61,113 nt of DNA from an uncultured Deinococcaceae bacterium (GTDB taxonomy: Bacteria; Deinococcota; Deinococci; Deinococcales; Deinococcaceae). Positions within the stretch are counted from its first letter, which is position 1; every line of letters begins with the position of its first letter. Both the position numbers and the translations under genes were made by a program. Positions 1 to 9,538 of the stretch are shown in pieces. The stretch covers positions 1 through 61,113 of the forward strand of contig CAXULY010000034.1 in assembly GCA_964252075.1 (NCBI GenBank), given 5' to 3'. The notes below the pieces were generated by a model that was given only the letters and a program-made list of their open reading frames with translations, had not been told where the DNA came from and searched no databases.

Positions 1-54
1 TACGCGGTCCTGCACCTGTCATCGCCCAGCCTGGACGCCCTGGCGAGCGGCTGA
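1..54 (+). CDS. 3' end of a gene running in from outside the window
   Basis: Frame 1 reads YAVLHLSSPSLDALASG* with GC-rich third positions; too short to identify. Confidence 0.35.
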   Translation, partial: YAVLHLSSPSLDALASG

Positions 55-1014
55 CAGACCAGCCACGTCCGCGCATCCCCACTGCTGAGGCCGCCGGTCC
101 TCCGCCCACGCAGGTGCGTGAGGGTCCCTCGGACCATGCCGCGCTCACGCTGAAGGGCATACGGCCGTCGTCCAGTGGAGCGCGCCCCTGCCGTACTGCA
201 TCGACCTAGACGTAGCGGCCACCGCTGGGCCGACGCTCATCATCGCCCCGCCGCAAATCATGAACGCCGCGCCGTCCAGCCGGGTGACATGGTGCCCGCT
301 CATTCCGCCAGCGGATGGGCACGTAAGCGGACGACGGTCCAATAGGTTGGAAACGACGTGGGGCTCGCCCGCGAGAACGGTGATCTTCTCGCGGTGCACG
401 GATTCCACGTGATTCTCGATCCGCTCAGTAAAAGCCTCCCAAAAGTGAGAAGCCCCCTGGCGAGCGTCGCGCTGTTCGAGAACGCGGTCTGGCACCCCTC
501 GTTCCGCTGCCACCAGCAGCGATTGGCGTCATGATCCCCGCAGCGCGCGCTGTGGGCCAGATTGCAGGGCCTGGGAGACTCCGCTTCGCGCCGCCTTCGG
601 TGGCCGCAGTCAGCGGTGGTGGACTTGACGGATATCTGCGAGATGCACCACCTGATGATCTTCGGACCCCGTATCGGCAGGTTAGCAATGAGCACCGTAC
701 CCTGACCCGCCCGGGCGGACCATGCGCTAAATGGGCGCAGCGTTGCAGATGGAATGACGTCCAAACAGACGCCCGGGAGTGGTGCTGGACCACGCCACGA
801 GCCGGGCGCTTTCCGCTCACCCGGGCCCGAAGGGCGTGCGAGATGGGCCCAAGAGTGCAGGCGCACGTTGCCTCTGGGCACTGTGGCGAACGGCTCGGCC
901 CGTGAGCCGTTCACGCCGAGGGCGTGTCCATGATGAGCGGGCTGCCGCCCGTCCTGCCGAGCGGCACAGCCGGGTCGCCCTCCCTGGGTCCCTGCAGTCG
1001 TGGACCGGGGCGGT

Positions 1015-2169
1015 TCACGAGAGGAACAACGTCCGCAACAGGCGGACGGTGTCGACCCCCTGGAAGAGATCCGGGGACACCGCCAGGAACACCCCGCTGG
1101 ACGACCCATGCTCCCCGGCACCGGTCCGCCTGATGGCGATGGAGCCCGTCGAGGTGACGTCCCGCTGGTCCTGCACGGGCGCAGTGAGGAGGCTTTGCAC
1201 GGTGCGGTCCTCGGCGGGCCTGAACGCCCCACGGACGCTGTTGCCCCCAGCGGCCTGGAAGGGGGCAATGGACGCCTTGCCGGCCGCCGGGGAGATCAGG
1301 TAGGGGTTGCGGACGTAGGTGCCGTGGTAGCCGTCCGCGCCGAACAGGTCCTTCAGGAACCGCTTCTGCTGTTCGAGCAGCGCCGGGTCCTGAGGGTCGG
1401 GCGTCGTGGACTGGAACACGTTCGCCGCGCCACCCATCGTCAGGATCAGGGCGGGCGAGATGAGGATGAGTTTCCGGTTCCCGCCCTGCATGAACGCGCG
1501 CATGTGTTCGAAGTCGGGCTTCACGGGCGTCTGGTCGGTCTGCGCGCCGGTGTACCACAGGACGTGGCTGTAGGCGTTGAGCGTCCGCAGGTCCGGTCCG
1601 GTGATTGCGGCGGTGTCCGAGGCCATGGAGCCCTGCTTCACGGCGTACGTGTCGAAGACCTTCCCGGCCACCACCTGCTTGATCAGCTGGTCCAGGGCGG
1701 AGTCCTTGGCCTGCGGGTCCGGTCGGTGCGCCGCGGTGACGCGCGTGTTGTTCGCGCTGCGGTCCGCGTCGACCAGCAGCCAGCGTTCGACCGTGACGCG
1801 CACGGGCAGGGTCGCCGTCGCGGAGCCCGCGCGGGCGCGCAGGGTGAAGGTGTACGTCCCGACGGGGACGTCGGGCCCCACTGTGAGTTTCACGGTGCGC
1901 TTCGCGCCCTTCTGTGCAGCGAAAGCCGCGCTGATCTGCGTGCGGCCCGGGCCGGCCTGAGTGCCTTCGAACGTCAGCTGGAGGCGCGCGGCCGGATCGA
2001 GGCCGCCCAGCTGCACGGTGGTGCTGGCGCTCTGCGTCGGGCCGAGGGTCCACGCCGCCGTTGGGCTGGACAAGGTGAGGTGGGCAGGCGTGGTCGCCGC
2101 GCCCGCGGAGGTGGTCAGGACGGCCATCAGGAACAGGGTGGTGCGTGGGTGAACGGTGCGCTGTGTCAT
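1015..2169 (-). CDS. secreted hypothetical protein (N-terminal Ig-like domain, C-terminal alpha/beta domain)
   Basis: AAGGAG RBS before the ATG at 2169; signal-peptide-like N-terminus; beta-sandwich pattern KLTVGPDVPVGTYTFTLRA...LPVRVTV; then LLVDAD...VLWYTG. Confidence 0.75.
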   Translation of the reverse strand: MTQRTVHPRTTLFLMAVLTTSAGAATTPAHLTLSSPTAAWTLGPTQSASTTVQLGGLDPAARLQLTFEGTQAGPGRTQISAAFAAQKGAKRTVKLTVGPDVPVGTYTFTLRARAGSATATLPVRVTVERWLLVDADRSANNTRVTAAHRPDPQAKDSALDQLIKQVVAGKVFDTYAVKQGSMASDTAAITGPDLRTLNAYSHVLWYTGAQTDQTPVKPDFEHMRAFMQGGNRKLILISPALILTMGGAANVFQSTTPDPQDPALLEQQKRFLKDLFGADGYHGTYVRNPYLISPAAGKASIAPFQAAGGNSVRGAFRPAEDRTVQSLLTAPVQDQRDVTSTGSIAIRRTGAGEHGSSSGVFLAVSPDLFQGVDTVRLLRTLFLS

Positions 2170-2197
2170 GTGGAACTCCTTCGGTGACGCTGGAGAC

Positions 2198-2230
2198 ACC
2201 GTAGACAACGCGCAGTGACATCCGCATGAC
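2198..2230 (-). promoter_or_regulatory. GTCAY direct-repeat promoter, copy 1
   Basis: Minus strand GTCAT-GCGGAT-GTCAC-TGCGCGTTGTC-TACGGT upstream of 1015..2169. Confidence 0.75.
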
Positions 2231-2326
2231 GCGCACGGGAACCATCATGTGTCGAATGCGGGGCGCGGCCCGCTTCAATAGGCCCTGCGGTCCAGTACGC
2301 CTTCGGCCCTGACCCGGACGGCGGTT

Positions 2327-2794
2327 TCACCTCATGCCCCCACGCGCCATCAACCACGCTGGTGGAAGGACTTGCGCGGTGGTCGGCCGAAGTGGCGGAT
2401 GCGGTTCATATTCGAGTTCAAACGTTCCCTTGATCGATGGGTACCGCGTGGACTGCCAGACGCCCCGCAGCCGGGCCGCGCCCATCATGTGCGCCGAGAG
2501 GACCACACCTTCACCCGGCCGTCCATACCGTCTGGGGTACTGACCCACGAAGGCGCCCTGCGTGAGGGTCCATGTGCCTTCGCCATCCATCGCCCAACCG
2601 TCGTCAACATCGTCCACGACCATCCGTCCGTGCTCGTGCAGGGACACGATCAGTGGGAAGGTCGCGTTGACGGTCTGAACGTCGAACGTGCCGTTCCAGC
2701 GGCCAAGCGCGAACCCCGGTGGCGCTTCAGGCCAATGCGACCTACAGGCGACCAGAACCGCAGCGAGAACCAACACGAGCAGACGGGTATTCAT
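2327..2794 (-). CDS. putative lipoprotein
   Basis: GGGAGG RBS; MNTRLLVLVLAAVLVAC lipobox; small beta-rich domain (GRWNGTF...GTFELEY). Confidence 0.7.
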   Translation of the reverse strand: MNTRLLVLVLAAVLVACRSHWPEAPPGFALGRWNGTFDVQTVNATFPLIVSLHEHGRMVVDDVDDGWAMDGEGTWTLTQGAFVGQYPRRYGRPGEGVVLSAHMMGAARLRGVWQSTRYPSIKGTFELEYEPHPPLRPTTAQVLPPAWLMARGGMR

Positions 2795-2826
2795 CCGTGA
2801 CCTCCCGCACCGGACGGCGCGACGAC

Positions 2827-2859
2827 ACCGTAAAGAGCGCGGCATGACGCACGAGTGAC
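2827..2859 (-). promoter_or_regulatory. GTCAY direct-repeat promoter, copy 2
   Basis: Minus strand GTCAC-TCGTGC-GTCAT-GCCGCGCTCTT-TACGGT upstream of 2327..2794. Confidence 0.75.
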
Positions 2860-3290
2860 ATCGCGCCGGGGCGGGCCAACGAGGGGACTGCCGCGCCGAC
2901 AGACCAGTAGCGCGGCCACATCACCGCGCGGCGGTTGGTTAAGCAGGAGCATGGGGGAGCAGCGATTCAGCGGGCGTACCTGCACGCGTGTCGACCGGGA
3001 CAGGAACACGCCCGGTGGACCGAGGCGAGTGCGATGCGAAAGCCGAAATGGAACGCACGTGGAAGCAGACCGCTGGTCAGGGCTATGACGCCAGCGGTCG
3101 CCTCCCGCACGCCATCGTGTGGCGTCAGGCCGCGATGCGCGACTCTGCGATGCTCCGGGACGAGCACATGACGAGCAGCAAGGAGGTGGTTATGAGCCCG
3201 CCCAGGAGGGTTCTCTGCCAGGTGGGCTGACCAACCGAGGACCCAATGGGCGATGCACCGGAACGGCGGACCTTAGTACACTACGGGGCG

Positions 3291-5306
3291 ATGTCCTCCG
3301 CGCGGCCCTGGCACCTCCAGCTGCTGGGGTCACCGCAGCTGGTGTCGCCGGAGGGCGACCGGAGCCGGTGCGAACGCAAGCCGCTGGCGGTGCTGGCCGT
3401 GCTGGCGCTGGAGGGACCGACGTCGCGCTCCCGACTGGCGGGCCTGCTGTGGCCGGACACGCCGGACCAGGGCGCCCGAAACAACCTGGTGCAGCTGCTG
3501 CGCAGAATGCACCGCACGTACGGCGACGCGCTCGTCGTCCTGGACGACCCCCTGCAGTTGAGTCCGCACGTGCTCACGGACGTGCGGTCGTGGACCACGG
3601 CGCCCCCCGGGTTGGAGGGTCTGCTGGAGGGGGTGGAGTTCGATGACCTGCCGGACCTCGCGGACTGGCTGCGGTTCCGGCGCGAACAGCTGGATGCGGG
3701 GAGGAGCGCCTGGCTGAGCCAGCGGGCGCAGGAGTTCGAAGCGGCAGGGCGGCTTCCCGAAGCGATCGAGGCGGTGCAGGGCCTGCTGCAGCTGAACGCG
3801 CTGTCCGAGGAGCACCACCGGCAGTTGATGCGCCTGCAGTACCTCAACAACGACCGCCCGGCGGCGCTGCGCACCTACCAGCGGTGCCAGCAGGTCCTGG
3901 CGCGCGAGCTGGGCGTCGAGCCCATGCCCGCGACCACCCTCCTCGCGCAGGAGATTGAGCGGGGCGCCGTTCAGGCGGCGGCCCTCCCCGCGCCGCAGCT
4001 GCCGCTGTCCGTCCGCCGCCCCCCGGTGCTCGTGGGTCGGGAGGCGCAGTGGGAGGCGCTGGAGCGCGCGTGGCGGCAGGGGACCTTCATCATTGTGTCC
4101 GGCGCTCCGGGCGCCGGGAAGTCGCGCCTCATGCATGATTTCGTCGCGACGAAAGGGCCGGTGCTGAAGGTCGAGGCGCGCCCGGGGGACCGGCTGGTGC
4201 CGTACGCGACCACCGCCCGCAACTTGATGGGCATCCTGGCCGCCCACCCAGAGCTGCAGTTGAAGCCGTGGCAACGCCGCGCGCTGGCGCCCCTCCTGCC
4301 GCACCTCCTGCAGGAGGGGGACCTGGACCTCCCGGACGAAGCGCCCCTGCATGCCGTGATTCAGGACCTCTTCCAGATCGGGGCGCGCGACGTCACCGCC
4401 ATCGTCTACGAGGACATGCAGTACGCCGACCCGGCGTCCATCGAGGCGGGCCTCGTGTTGATCTCCAGTGCGTTTCCGCTGGGGCAGGCGGGTGGGGTGC
4501 CGCACATGCTGTGCACCGTGCGTGACGATGAACTCAACGAGTCCACCGCGCGCACCTTCCGCGACATGACCCTGACGGGCCTCGCCAGTGAAATTCACGT
4601 GCTGCCGCTGGGGGACGCCGCGGCCGCGGCCCTGCTGGAGCAACTGGATCTGGCCCTCACGCCCGCCGCGCGGCGGCGCCTGAGTCGGTTCGCGGGCGGC
4701 AATCCCCTGTACCTGCTCGAGACCGTCCGCAGCCTGCTTGAACAGGGCGGTGACTTCCGCGAGGTGCCCGAGCGCTTCCCCGTGCCCGAGAAGGTGTCGC
4801 GCATCATCGCGCGGCGCCTGGAGCGGCTGTCGACCGGCGCGCTGAACGTCGCGCGCACGGCCAGCGTCCTGCAGAGTGATTTCGATGTGGAGCTGGTCGC
4901 CGAGGTGCTGGGCGTGCCGCTGTTCGATGTCGCGGTTCACTGGGCGGAACTGGAGGCGGCGCAGGTCGTTCAGGGCGCGGCGTTCACGCACGACCTGATT
5001 TACGAGTCGATCCTGCAGGGCATCCCGGGGCCGATCCGGACGCTCCTGCACCGCAGCGCCGCGCGGGTCCTCACGCGCAGCGGCGCGTCGCGGGCCAGGA
5101 TTGCCCTGCAGTGGCAGCACAGCGGGCAGGTGCGCGAGGCGGCGCCGCTGTTCGTTGAGGCCGCTCAGGAAGCCGCGCGGCTGGGCCGCAGGACCGAGGC
5201 GCAGCGGTTCCTCGACACCGCGGAGGCCATGTACCGCTCCCTGGGGGACGAACCGCACGCCGAGCGGGTGGCCGACATGCGCGCGGCCTTCGCGCACCCC
5301 GGGTGA
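3291..5306 (+). CDS. SARP/AfsR-like regulator (wHTH-BTAD-AAA ATPase, short C-terminus)
   Basis: WHLQLLG...SRSRLAGLLWPD...ARNNLVQLL (wHTH); LSEEHHRQLMRL...LARELGVEP (BTAD); Walker A GAPGAGKS; Walker B IVYEDMQYAD; GGNPLYLLE. Start placed at 3291 after TACACT; the ORF track starts at 3246. Confidence 0.9.
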   Translation: MSSARPWHLQLLGSPQLVSPEGDRSRCERKPLAVLAVLALEGPTSRSRLAGLLWPDTPDQGARNNLVQLLRRMHRTYGDALVVLDDPLQLSPHVLTDVRSWTTAPPGLEGLLEGVEFDDLPDLADWLRFRREQLDAGRSAWLSQRAQEFEAAGRLPEAIEAVQGLLQLNALSEEHHRQLMRLQYLNNDRPAALRTYQRCQQVLARELGVEPMPATTLLAQEIERGAVQAAALPAPQLPLSVRRPPVLVGREAQWEALERAWRQGTFIIVSGAPGAGKSRLMHDFVATKGPVLKVEARPGDRLVPYATTARNLMGILAAHPELQLKPWQRRALAPLLPHLLQEGDLDLPDEAPLHAVIQDLFQIGARDVTAIVYEDMQYADPASIEAGLVLISSAFPLGQAGGVPHMLCTVRDDELNESTARTFRDMTLTGLASEIHVLPLGDAAAAALLEQLDLALTPAARRRLSRFAGGNPLYLLETVRSLLEQGGDFREVPERFPVPEKVSRIIARRLERLSTGALNVARTASVLQSDFDVELVAEVLGVPLFDVAVHWAELEAAQVVQGAAFTHDLIYESILQGIPGPIRTLLHRSAARVLTRSGASRARIALQWQHSGQVREAAPLFVEAAQEAARLGRRTEAQRFLDTAEAMYRSLGDEPHAERVADMRAAFAHPG

Positions 5307-5455
5307 TCCAGCCTTCCGGTGGCGCAGTCCGCGGGCCGTGGAGGGACGCCCTGCTCCGCCATGAGGTTGAAGCACCGCTCGGAGGGACCGGAGGCGGGGC
5401 GCCGCAGGTCACCGGGCGGCATGGACGCTCGTCCAGCGCCGGACCACCAGCCACG

Positions 5456-6361
5456 TCAGGGCGTTGCCAGGGCCAGCACTTCGTCCTGGGCGTGCGTGTC
5501 CAGCAGGTCCTGCACGCTGGATTTCACCATGTCCATGAGGTGAGCCACGACGGGCGTGGCGGTCGCGTCGGCACGGTGCAGCCTCAGCGCGATGCGGGGC
5601 AGCGTGGGGAGGTCCGCGTCGTCCAAGGGCCGCACGCCGGCCGGCACGCCCAGCGCGGTGCGCGGGGTCACGCCGAGCCCAGCCGCGAGCGCCGCCCACA
5701 GGCCCGCCAGGCTGGGGCTCGTGAAGGTGACGCGCCACGGAACGCCGGCGGAATCCAGCCCGGCGGTGGCGAGGGTGCGGAACAGGCAGGGGCTTTCGAA
5801 CACCGCGAGCGGCAGGGGACGCTGCGGCGCCTGCAGGGCGGTGCGGGGGCCGAACCACCGAATGGGGAGGCTCGCGAGGGTTTCCGCGTGGGGGGTGCGG
5901 GCGTCGCCCCAGGCGAGGGCGAGGTCCAGGTCACCCTGGGTGACGCCTGCCAGCAGATCGGCGTTGCGGGTGATGCGCGCCTGAATGCGGACCTTCGGGT
6001 GCGTTCGCGCGAACGCACCCAGCACGTGCGGGAGGAGGGACTCACCGAAGTCCTCCTGCACCCCGAGCCGCACCTGGCCCTCCAGCTCACTGCCCCGCAC
6101 GGCCGCGACCGCCTCATCGTTGAGGGCCAGAAGCCGGCGCGCGTACACCAGAAACGCCTCTCCCGCGTCAGTGAGGACCAGCGCGCGGCCGGACTTGCGC
6201 AGCAGCCTGGTCCCGACCTGCGCCTCGAGCTTCCGGAGTTGGGCGCTGAGCGCGGACGGTGACCGGGACAGGCGAACGGCCGCGCGCCCGAAGCTGCCGA
6301 GGTCCACGCCGTACACGAAGGTTCGAACGACGTCCATGTCGAGGTTGGTGTGCCGCCGCAT
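5456..6361 (-). CDS. LysR-family transcriptional regulator
   Basis: LDMDVVRTF...GSFGRAAVRLSRSPSALSAQLRKLE HTH followed by a LysR substrate-binding domain. Confidence 0.93.
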   Translation of the reverse strand: MRRHTNLDMDVVRTFVYGVDLGSFGRAAVRLSRSPSALSAQLRKLEAQVGTRLLRKSGRALVLTDAGEAFLVYARRLLALNDEAVAAVRGSELEGQVRLGVQEDFGESLLPHVLGAFARTHPKVRIQARITRNADLLAGVTQGDLDLALAWGDARTPHAETLASLPIRWFGPRTALQAPQRPLPLAVFESPCLFRTLATAGLDSAGVPWRVTFTSPSLAGLWAALAAGLGVTPRTALGVPAGVRPLDDADLPTLPRIALRLHRADATATPVVAHLMDMVKSSVQDLLDTHAQDEVLALATP

Positions 6362-6564
6362 CCTACAATTTTAGGGCCGCAGCATCGGTCATCGTTCGAG
6401 CATTTCGAACGAGATGCCGGGATGGACCCGCAACAGCAATACGCCACCTGGTGCAGGCGGCTCTGGGCCTGAAGTTCAAACTCATCACACGGGTGCCAGT
6501 CAGCGGTGAACGTGGAAGCGTCGGGGGCCGTCGCTTGAGGTGAGACGCGCGCACTCCTGGGGGC

Positions 6565-7036
6565 CTACCGCCTCGGACAGGGCGCGGCGTCGCAGTGGGA
6601 GCCGGGCACCGCCCGCTCGGACCACCACGATCCGGTCACCCAACGGCGCGCCACGTGCAGGAAAGCGCGCTTCAGGTGCGCGGGGATGCCGTATTCCATG
6701 CGCGCCTGCACGCCACAGTAGGACTGATCGATGAGCGGCGCGACTTCATTTACGCACAGGGACGCCAGGAACCCCTCGCCGTCCGGCGTGAAGACGCTGA
6801 AGCCTTGAGCCTCGTCCCGCTCGTGCTCCGCGATGTGCATCCGCAGATCCTTTAGGTTCGCCGCTGTCGTGAAGTTCTCCTCAGGGCAACGGGAAGTCAC
6901 TCCGGATGCGCAGGTCCGCACGCGACGGCATCACCGCTTCATGATCGGCCGCCTGTTCTTCAGGGCGCTGCCGTCGAAGACCGCACAGGGGTGTCCAGAT
7001 GAACGACACGGGCGCACGGTCAGGCTTCAGGGACAT
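6565..7036 (-). pseudogene. frameshifted GNAT/RimJ-like acetyltransferase remnant
   Basis: One frame gives LRRQRPEEQAADHEAVMPSRADLR; a second frame continues PEENFTTAANLKDLRMHIAEHERDEAQGFSVFTP; the switch is near 6885-6920. Confidence 0.5.
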
Positions 7037-7186
7037 GGGCGGCAGATCACAGGGCGCAAGATGGCACGCGCATGGTGTCTCCGTCACCTGAGGCGCAGGA
7101 GCGGGCGCCGGGGCAGGATTCGCCCGGTCCACCGCACTGGAAGGTGAAGCGCACCGGCCGCCCCGAACCCCGCCCCACGGCGCGGC

Positions 7187-7219
7187 GTCATCGGGCGGCC
7201 ACTGCCTTTCGCTCAGGCT
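7187..7219 (+). promoter_or_regulatory. degenerate GTCAY direct-repeat promoter, copy 5
   Basis: GTCAT-CGGGCG-GCCAC-TGCCTTTCGCT-CAGGCT, 6 nt before the ATG at 7226; same spacing as the other copies but with mismatches. Confidence 0.45.
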
Positions 7220-7225
7220 CTGGTG

Positions 7226-7747
7226 ATGAGTGACGCCAGAAGAGCGATCGGGGTGGGGTTGGTGCTGCTGGGCCTGACCATCGGGATGGTGCTGGTGCCG
7301 GCGCTGTATGACGTGACGCGCGCCGCGGACTGGGCGAGCGTGCCCGGGGTGGTGCTTGCCTCGCGGGTGGAGCGCGTGGTGACCCGCGAGGCGGACGCGA
7401 ACGGGGACGAGGTGACCGTGGAACGCTTCCGCCCTCACGTCACGTACCGCTTCACCATCGCGGGGAAGTCGCGCGTGGCTGATGGGTTCATGACCCATGA
7501 CGCCGCGTCCGTGGATGAGGCGTGGGCGCGCGCGCAGCAGGCCCGCTACCCGAGGGGCGCGGTGGTCCGCGTGTACCGCTCCCCGGACGGCGAGCGCACC
7601 GTCCTCGTCCCGGGCCTGTCCAAGGCCGTGTGGGCGTGGACGGCCCTTCCCGCCCTGCTGCTCCTCGCCGGGTGGGCGCTGCTGCATTCCGCGCGGGGCC
7701 CGCACCCGACCCGCATGGCCGTTCCGGACAAGACAGGAAAGCGCTGA
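7226..7747 (+). CDS. DUF3592-like membrane protein
   Basis: N-terminal TM, W.SVPGVVLASRVE...PHVTYRFTIAG...YPRGAVVRVYRSP..VL, C-terminal TM. Confidence 0.8.
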   Translation: MSDARRAIGVGLVLLGLTIGMVLVPALYDVTRAADWASVPGVVLASRVERVVTREADANGDEVTVERFRPHVTYRFTIAGKSRVADGFMTHDAASVDEAWARAQQARYPRGAVVRVYRSPDGERTVLVPGLSKAVWAWTALPALLLLAGWALLHSARGPHPTRMAVPDKTGKR

Positions 7748-7841
7748 CGGGCTGACTCATGTCGCCCGCAGGTGCTGTTGGCCTCCGTTGAGCTGGTTGC
7801 TGCCAACCGGTGCACGTCCCGCTGGGCCGGGCCGTCACGGT

Positions 7842-7874
7842 GTCACCCGGGTGTCATGCCCCCCTGCGTATGGT
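7842..7874 (+). promoter_or_regulatory. GTCAY direct-repeat promoter, copy 3
   Basis: GTCAC-CCGGGT-GTCAT-GCCCCCCTGCG-TATGGT upstream of 7907. Confidence 0.75.
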
Positions 7875-7906
7875 CACGTCAAATGCGTACACCCACAGGA
7901 GCGTCC

Positions 7907-8752
7907 ATGACCACCCCCCGCAGCGTCCGTCCCCTGATGCCCGCCCTCGCCCTCCTCGCCACCCTCGGCGGCGCGGGTGGCGCGTCCCCGCCGCCCGCCA
8001 GCCTGTACGGGCAGTGGGAGTACGGCCTGGTCTCCCCCATCGAGTATTACGATCCCTCCACCGGGAAGTACGCGGAGGGCAGCGGCACCAGTGAAATCAT
8101 CCGCATCCACCCGGACGGCACCTATGAACGCAACGGCATCATCGTGGTGTCCACGTACAGCTGCACCTCGAAGCTCCTCACCGTCAGCTCCGGCACCGTC
8201 ACCGTCAACGGCTCCCGCTTGACCTTCACCCCCAAGGCCGCGCATCAGAAGGGCTACACCTGCAGCCCCGCCAACCACCACGAAAGCCACAACCTGAACG
8301 CGTCCACATTCACGTGGCGCCTGCAGGATCAGGTGCTGCTGCTGGGGGACCCGGCGGGGAAAGCGCGCGACAGCCGCTACAACCGCCCGCGCACCACCAG
8401 CGCCGGTGGGGGCGCCGCCGCCCGCAGCGGCCACACCATCACGGGCACCCTGACGGCACCGGAGGGCCACGCCCTGGCCGACACCAGCGTCATCGCGTGC
8501 CCCGTGGATGGCGGCTGCGGGGACCCGAAGGTCAAGATGACGGTGCTGACCACGTCCGCCCACACGGCGACGTACGCCCTGAACGACCTGGAACCCATGC
8601 CGTACGAGGTGCTGGCGTGGGCGGACACCAATGGGAACGGCAAGCCGGATGCCGGCGACTGGGTGGACCGGGCCTCCGCGGCGGACGTGCAGGGCGAGGT
8701 GGTCAACCCCCCCGCGACCGGCGTGAAGCTCACCCTGACGCTCTGGAAATGA
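7907..8752 (+). CDS. secreted two-domain hypothetical protein (beta-barrel-like domain plus C-terminal beta-sandwich with DxNGNG Ca-binding-like loop)
   Basis: AGGAG RBS; signal peptide; LYGQWEYG...GTY; Gly/Ala linker; YEVLAWADTNGNGKPDAGD. Confidence 0.8.
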   Translation: MTTPRSVRPLMPALALLATLGGAGGASPPPASLYGQWEYGLVSPIEYYDPSTGKYAEGSGTSEIIRIHPDGTYERNGIIVVSTYSCTSKLLTVSSGTVTVNGSRLTFTPKAAHQKGYTCSPANHHESHNLNASTFTWRLQDQVLLLGDPAGKARDSRYNRPRTTSAGGGAAARSGHTITGTLTAPEGHALADTSVIACPVDGGCGDPKVKMTVLTTSAHTATYALNDLEPMPYEVLAWADTNGNGKPDAGDWVDRASAADVQGEVVNPPATGVKLTLTLWK

Positions 8753-8771
8753 ACGCACCCAGGGCCTGCGC

Positions 8772-8984
8772 ATGACGTCACGCCACGCGGTCGCCCGCCG
8801 TCCCGACGCCATCTACGTCCTGCGGATCGGGCTGGACGACACCACAGGCCAGTGGCGGGCCTCGGTGCGGGTGGAGGGCGCGCCGAGGCGGCACTTCACG
8901 AGTGTGGACGACCTCATGCTGTTCGTGTTCGGCGAGTGCGTGCGCTGCTCGGGTGCGGAAAACGCGGAGGCTGCTCTGGGGTGA
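8772..8984 (+). CDS. small hypothetical protein, YVLR...WRAS...RRxF..D.L family
   Basis: 19 nt after the previous stop; clearly similar to 15559..15759. Confidence 0.7.
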   Translation: MTSRHAVARRPDAIYVLRIGLDDTTGQWRASVRVEGAPRRHFTSVDDLMLFVFGECVRCSGAENAEAALG

Positions 8985-9538
8985 CGACCGTTCGGTGGGC
9001 GCGCGGCGAACGGAGCCGGGCTCAGCCTAGAACGTGGCCGTCACCGCCGCGCATTCCTGGCTCGCAGGCGGCACTGCCCGTCTGGGTGTGGTGATGGACC
9101 CTCATCTTCTGACAAGGCGGCTTCGCACGGTAACGTAAGCGACGCGTCGTGGCGCTCGGCGCGGTGCAGGTCTGCCCAGGGTGTAACCTGTACACGCGCA
9201 GGACAGGCCCTCACAGAAATTGCCCGGGGGCAACCGCCGCACGAGGATTGAAACTTGAGGGCATCACACCGAGCTCAACCGCTGAATTTGAGCCGTACAG
9301 CCCGCAGTCACACTGGAAGGCGTGTCTGAAACGGCCCTTCAGGCGGTGCGGGAGAGGCTGCATGGGTGCACGACCGGGCGCGCCACCTTCCCTGCGTCGC
9401 GGGGACGGCGCGCTTCCGGCGTGTGGTTTCCACATCGCGGAAAGGAGTTCCGGGCGGGGCGTGACGCCAAACCTACACTGCAAGGGCCAGCAGCGGCCCT
9501 TCAGGCACCCAGGAGGGGCGCGTTGCGACAGGAGGCGT

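Noticed and set aside
145..905. Short ORFs at the window start
   Set aside because: No consistent codon bias, RBS or recognisable motif on either strand.
3330..5375. Long antisense or alternate-frame ORFs (e.g. 3330..5375, 39929..42580, 10721..12337, 23787..25559, 49269..51122, 51610..53145)
   Set aside because: Shadow frames of real high-GC genes; no motifs, with skewed R/G/A/Q/V composition.
6390..6545. Palindrome CGTTCGA-N5-TCGAACG and a possible tautomerase remnant divergent from lysR
   Set aside because: Single copy and similarity too weak to call without a search.
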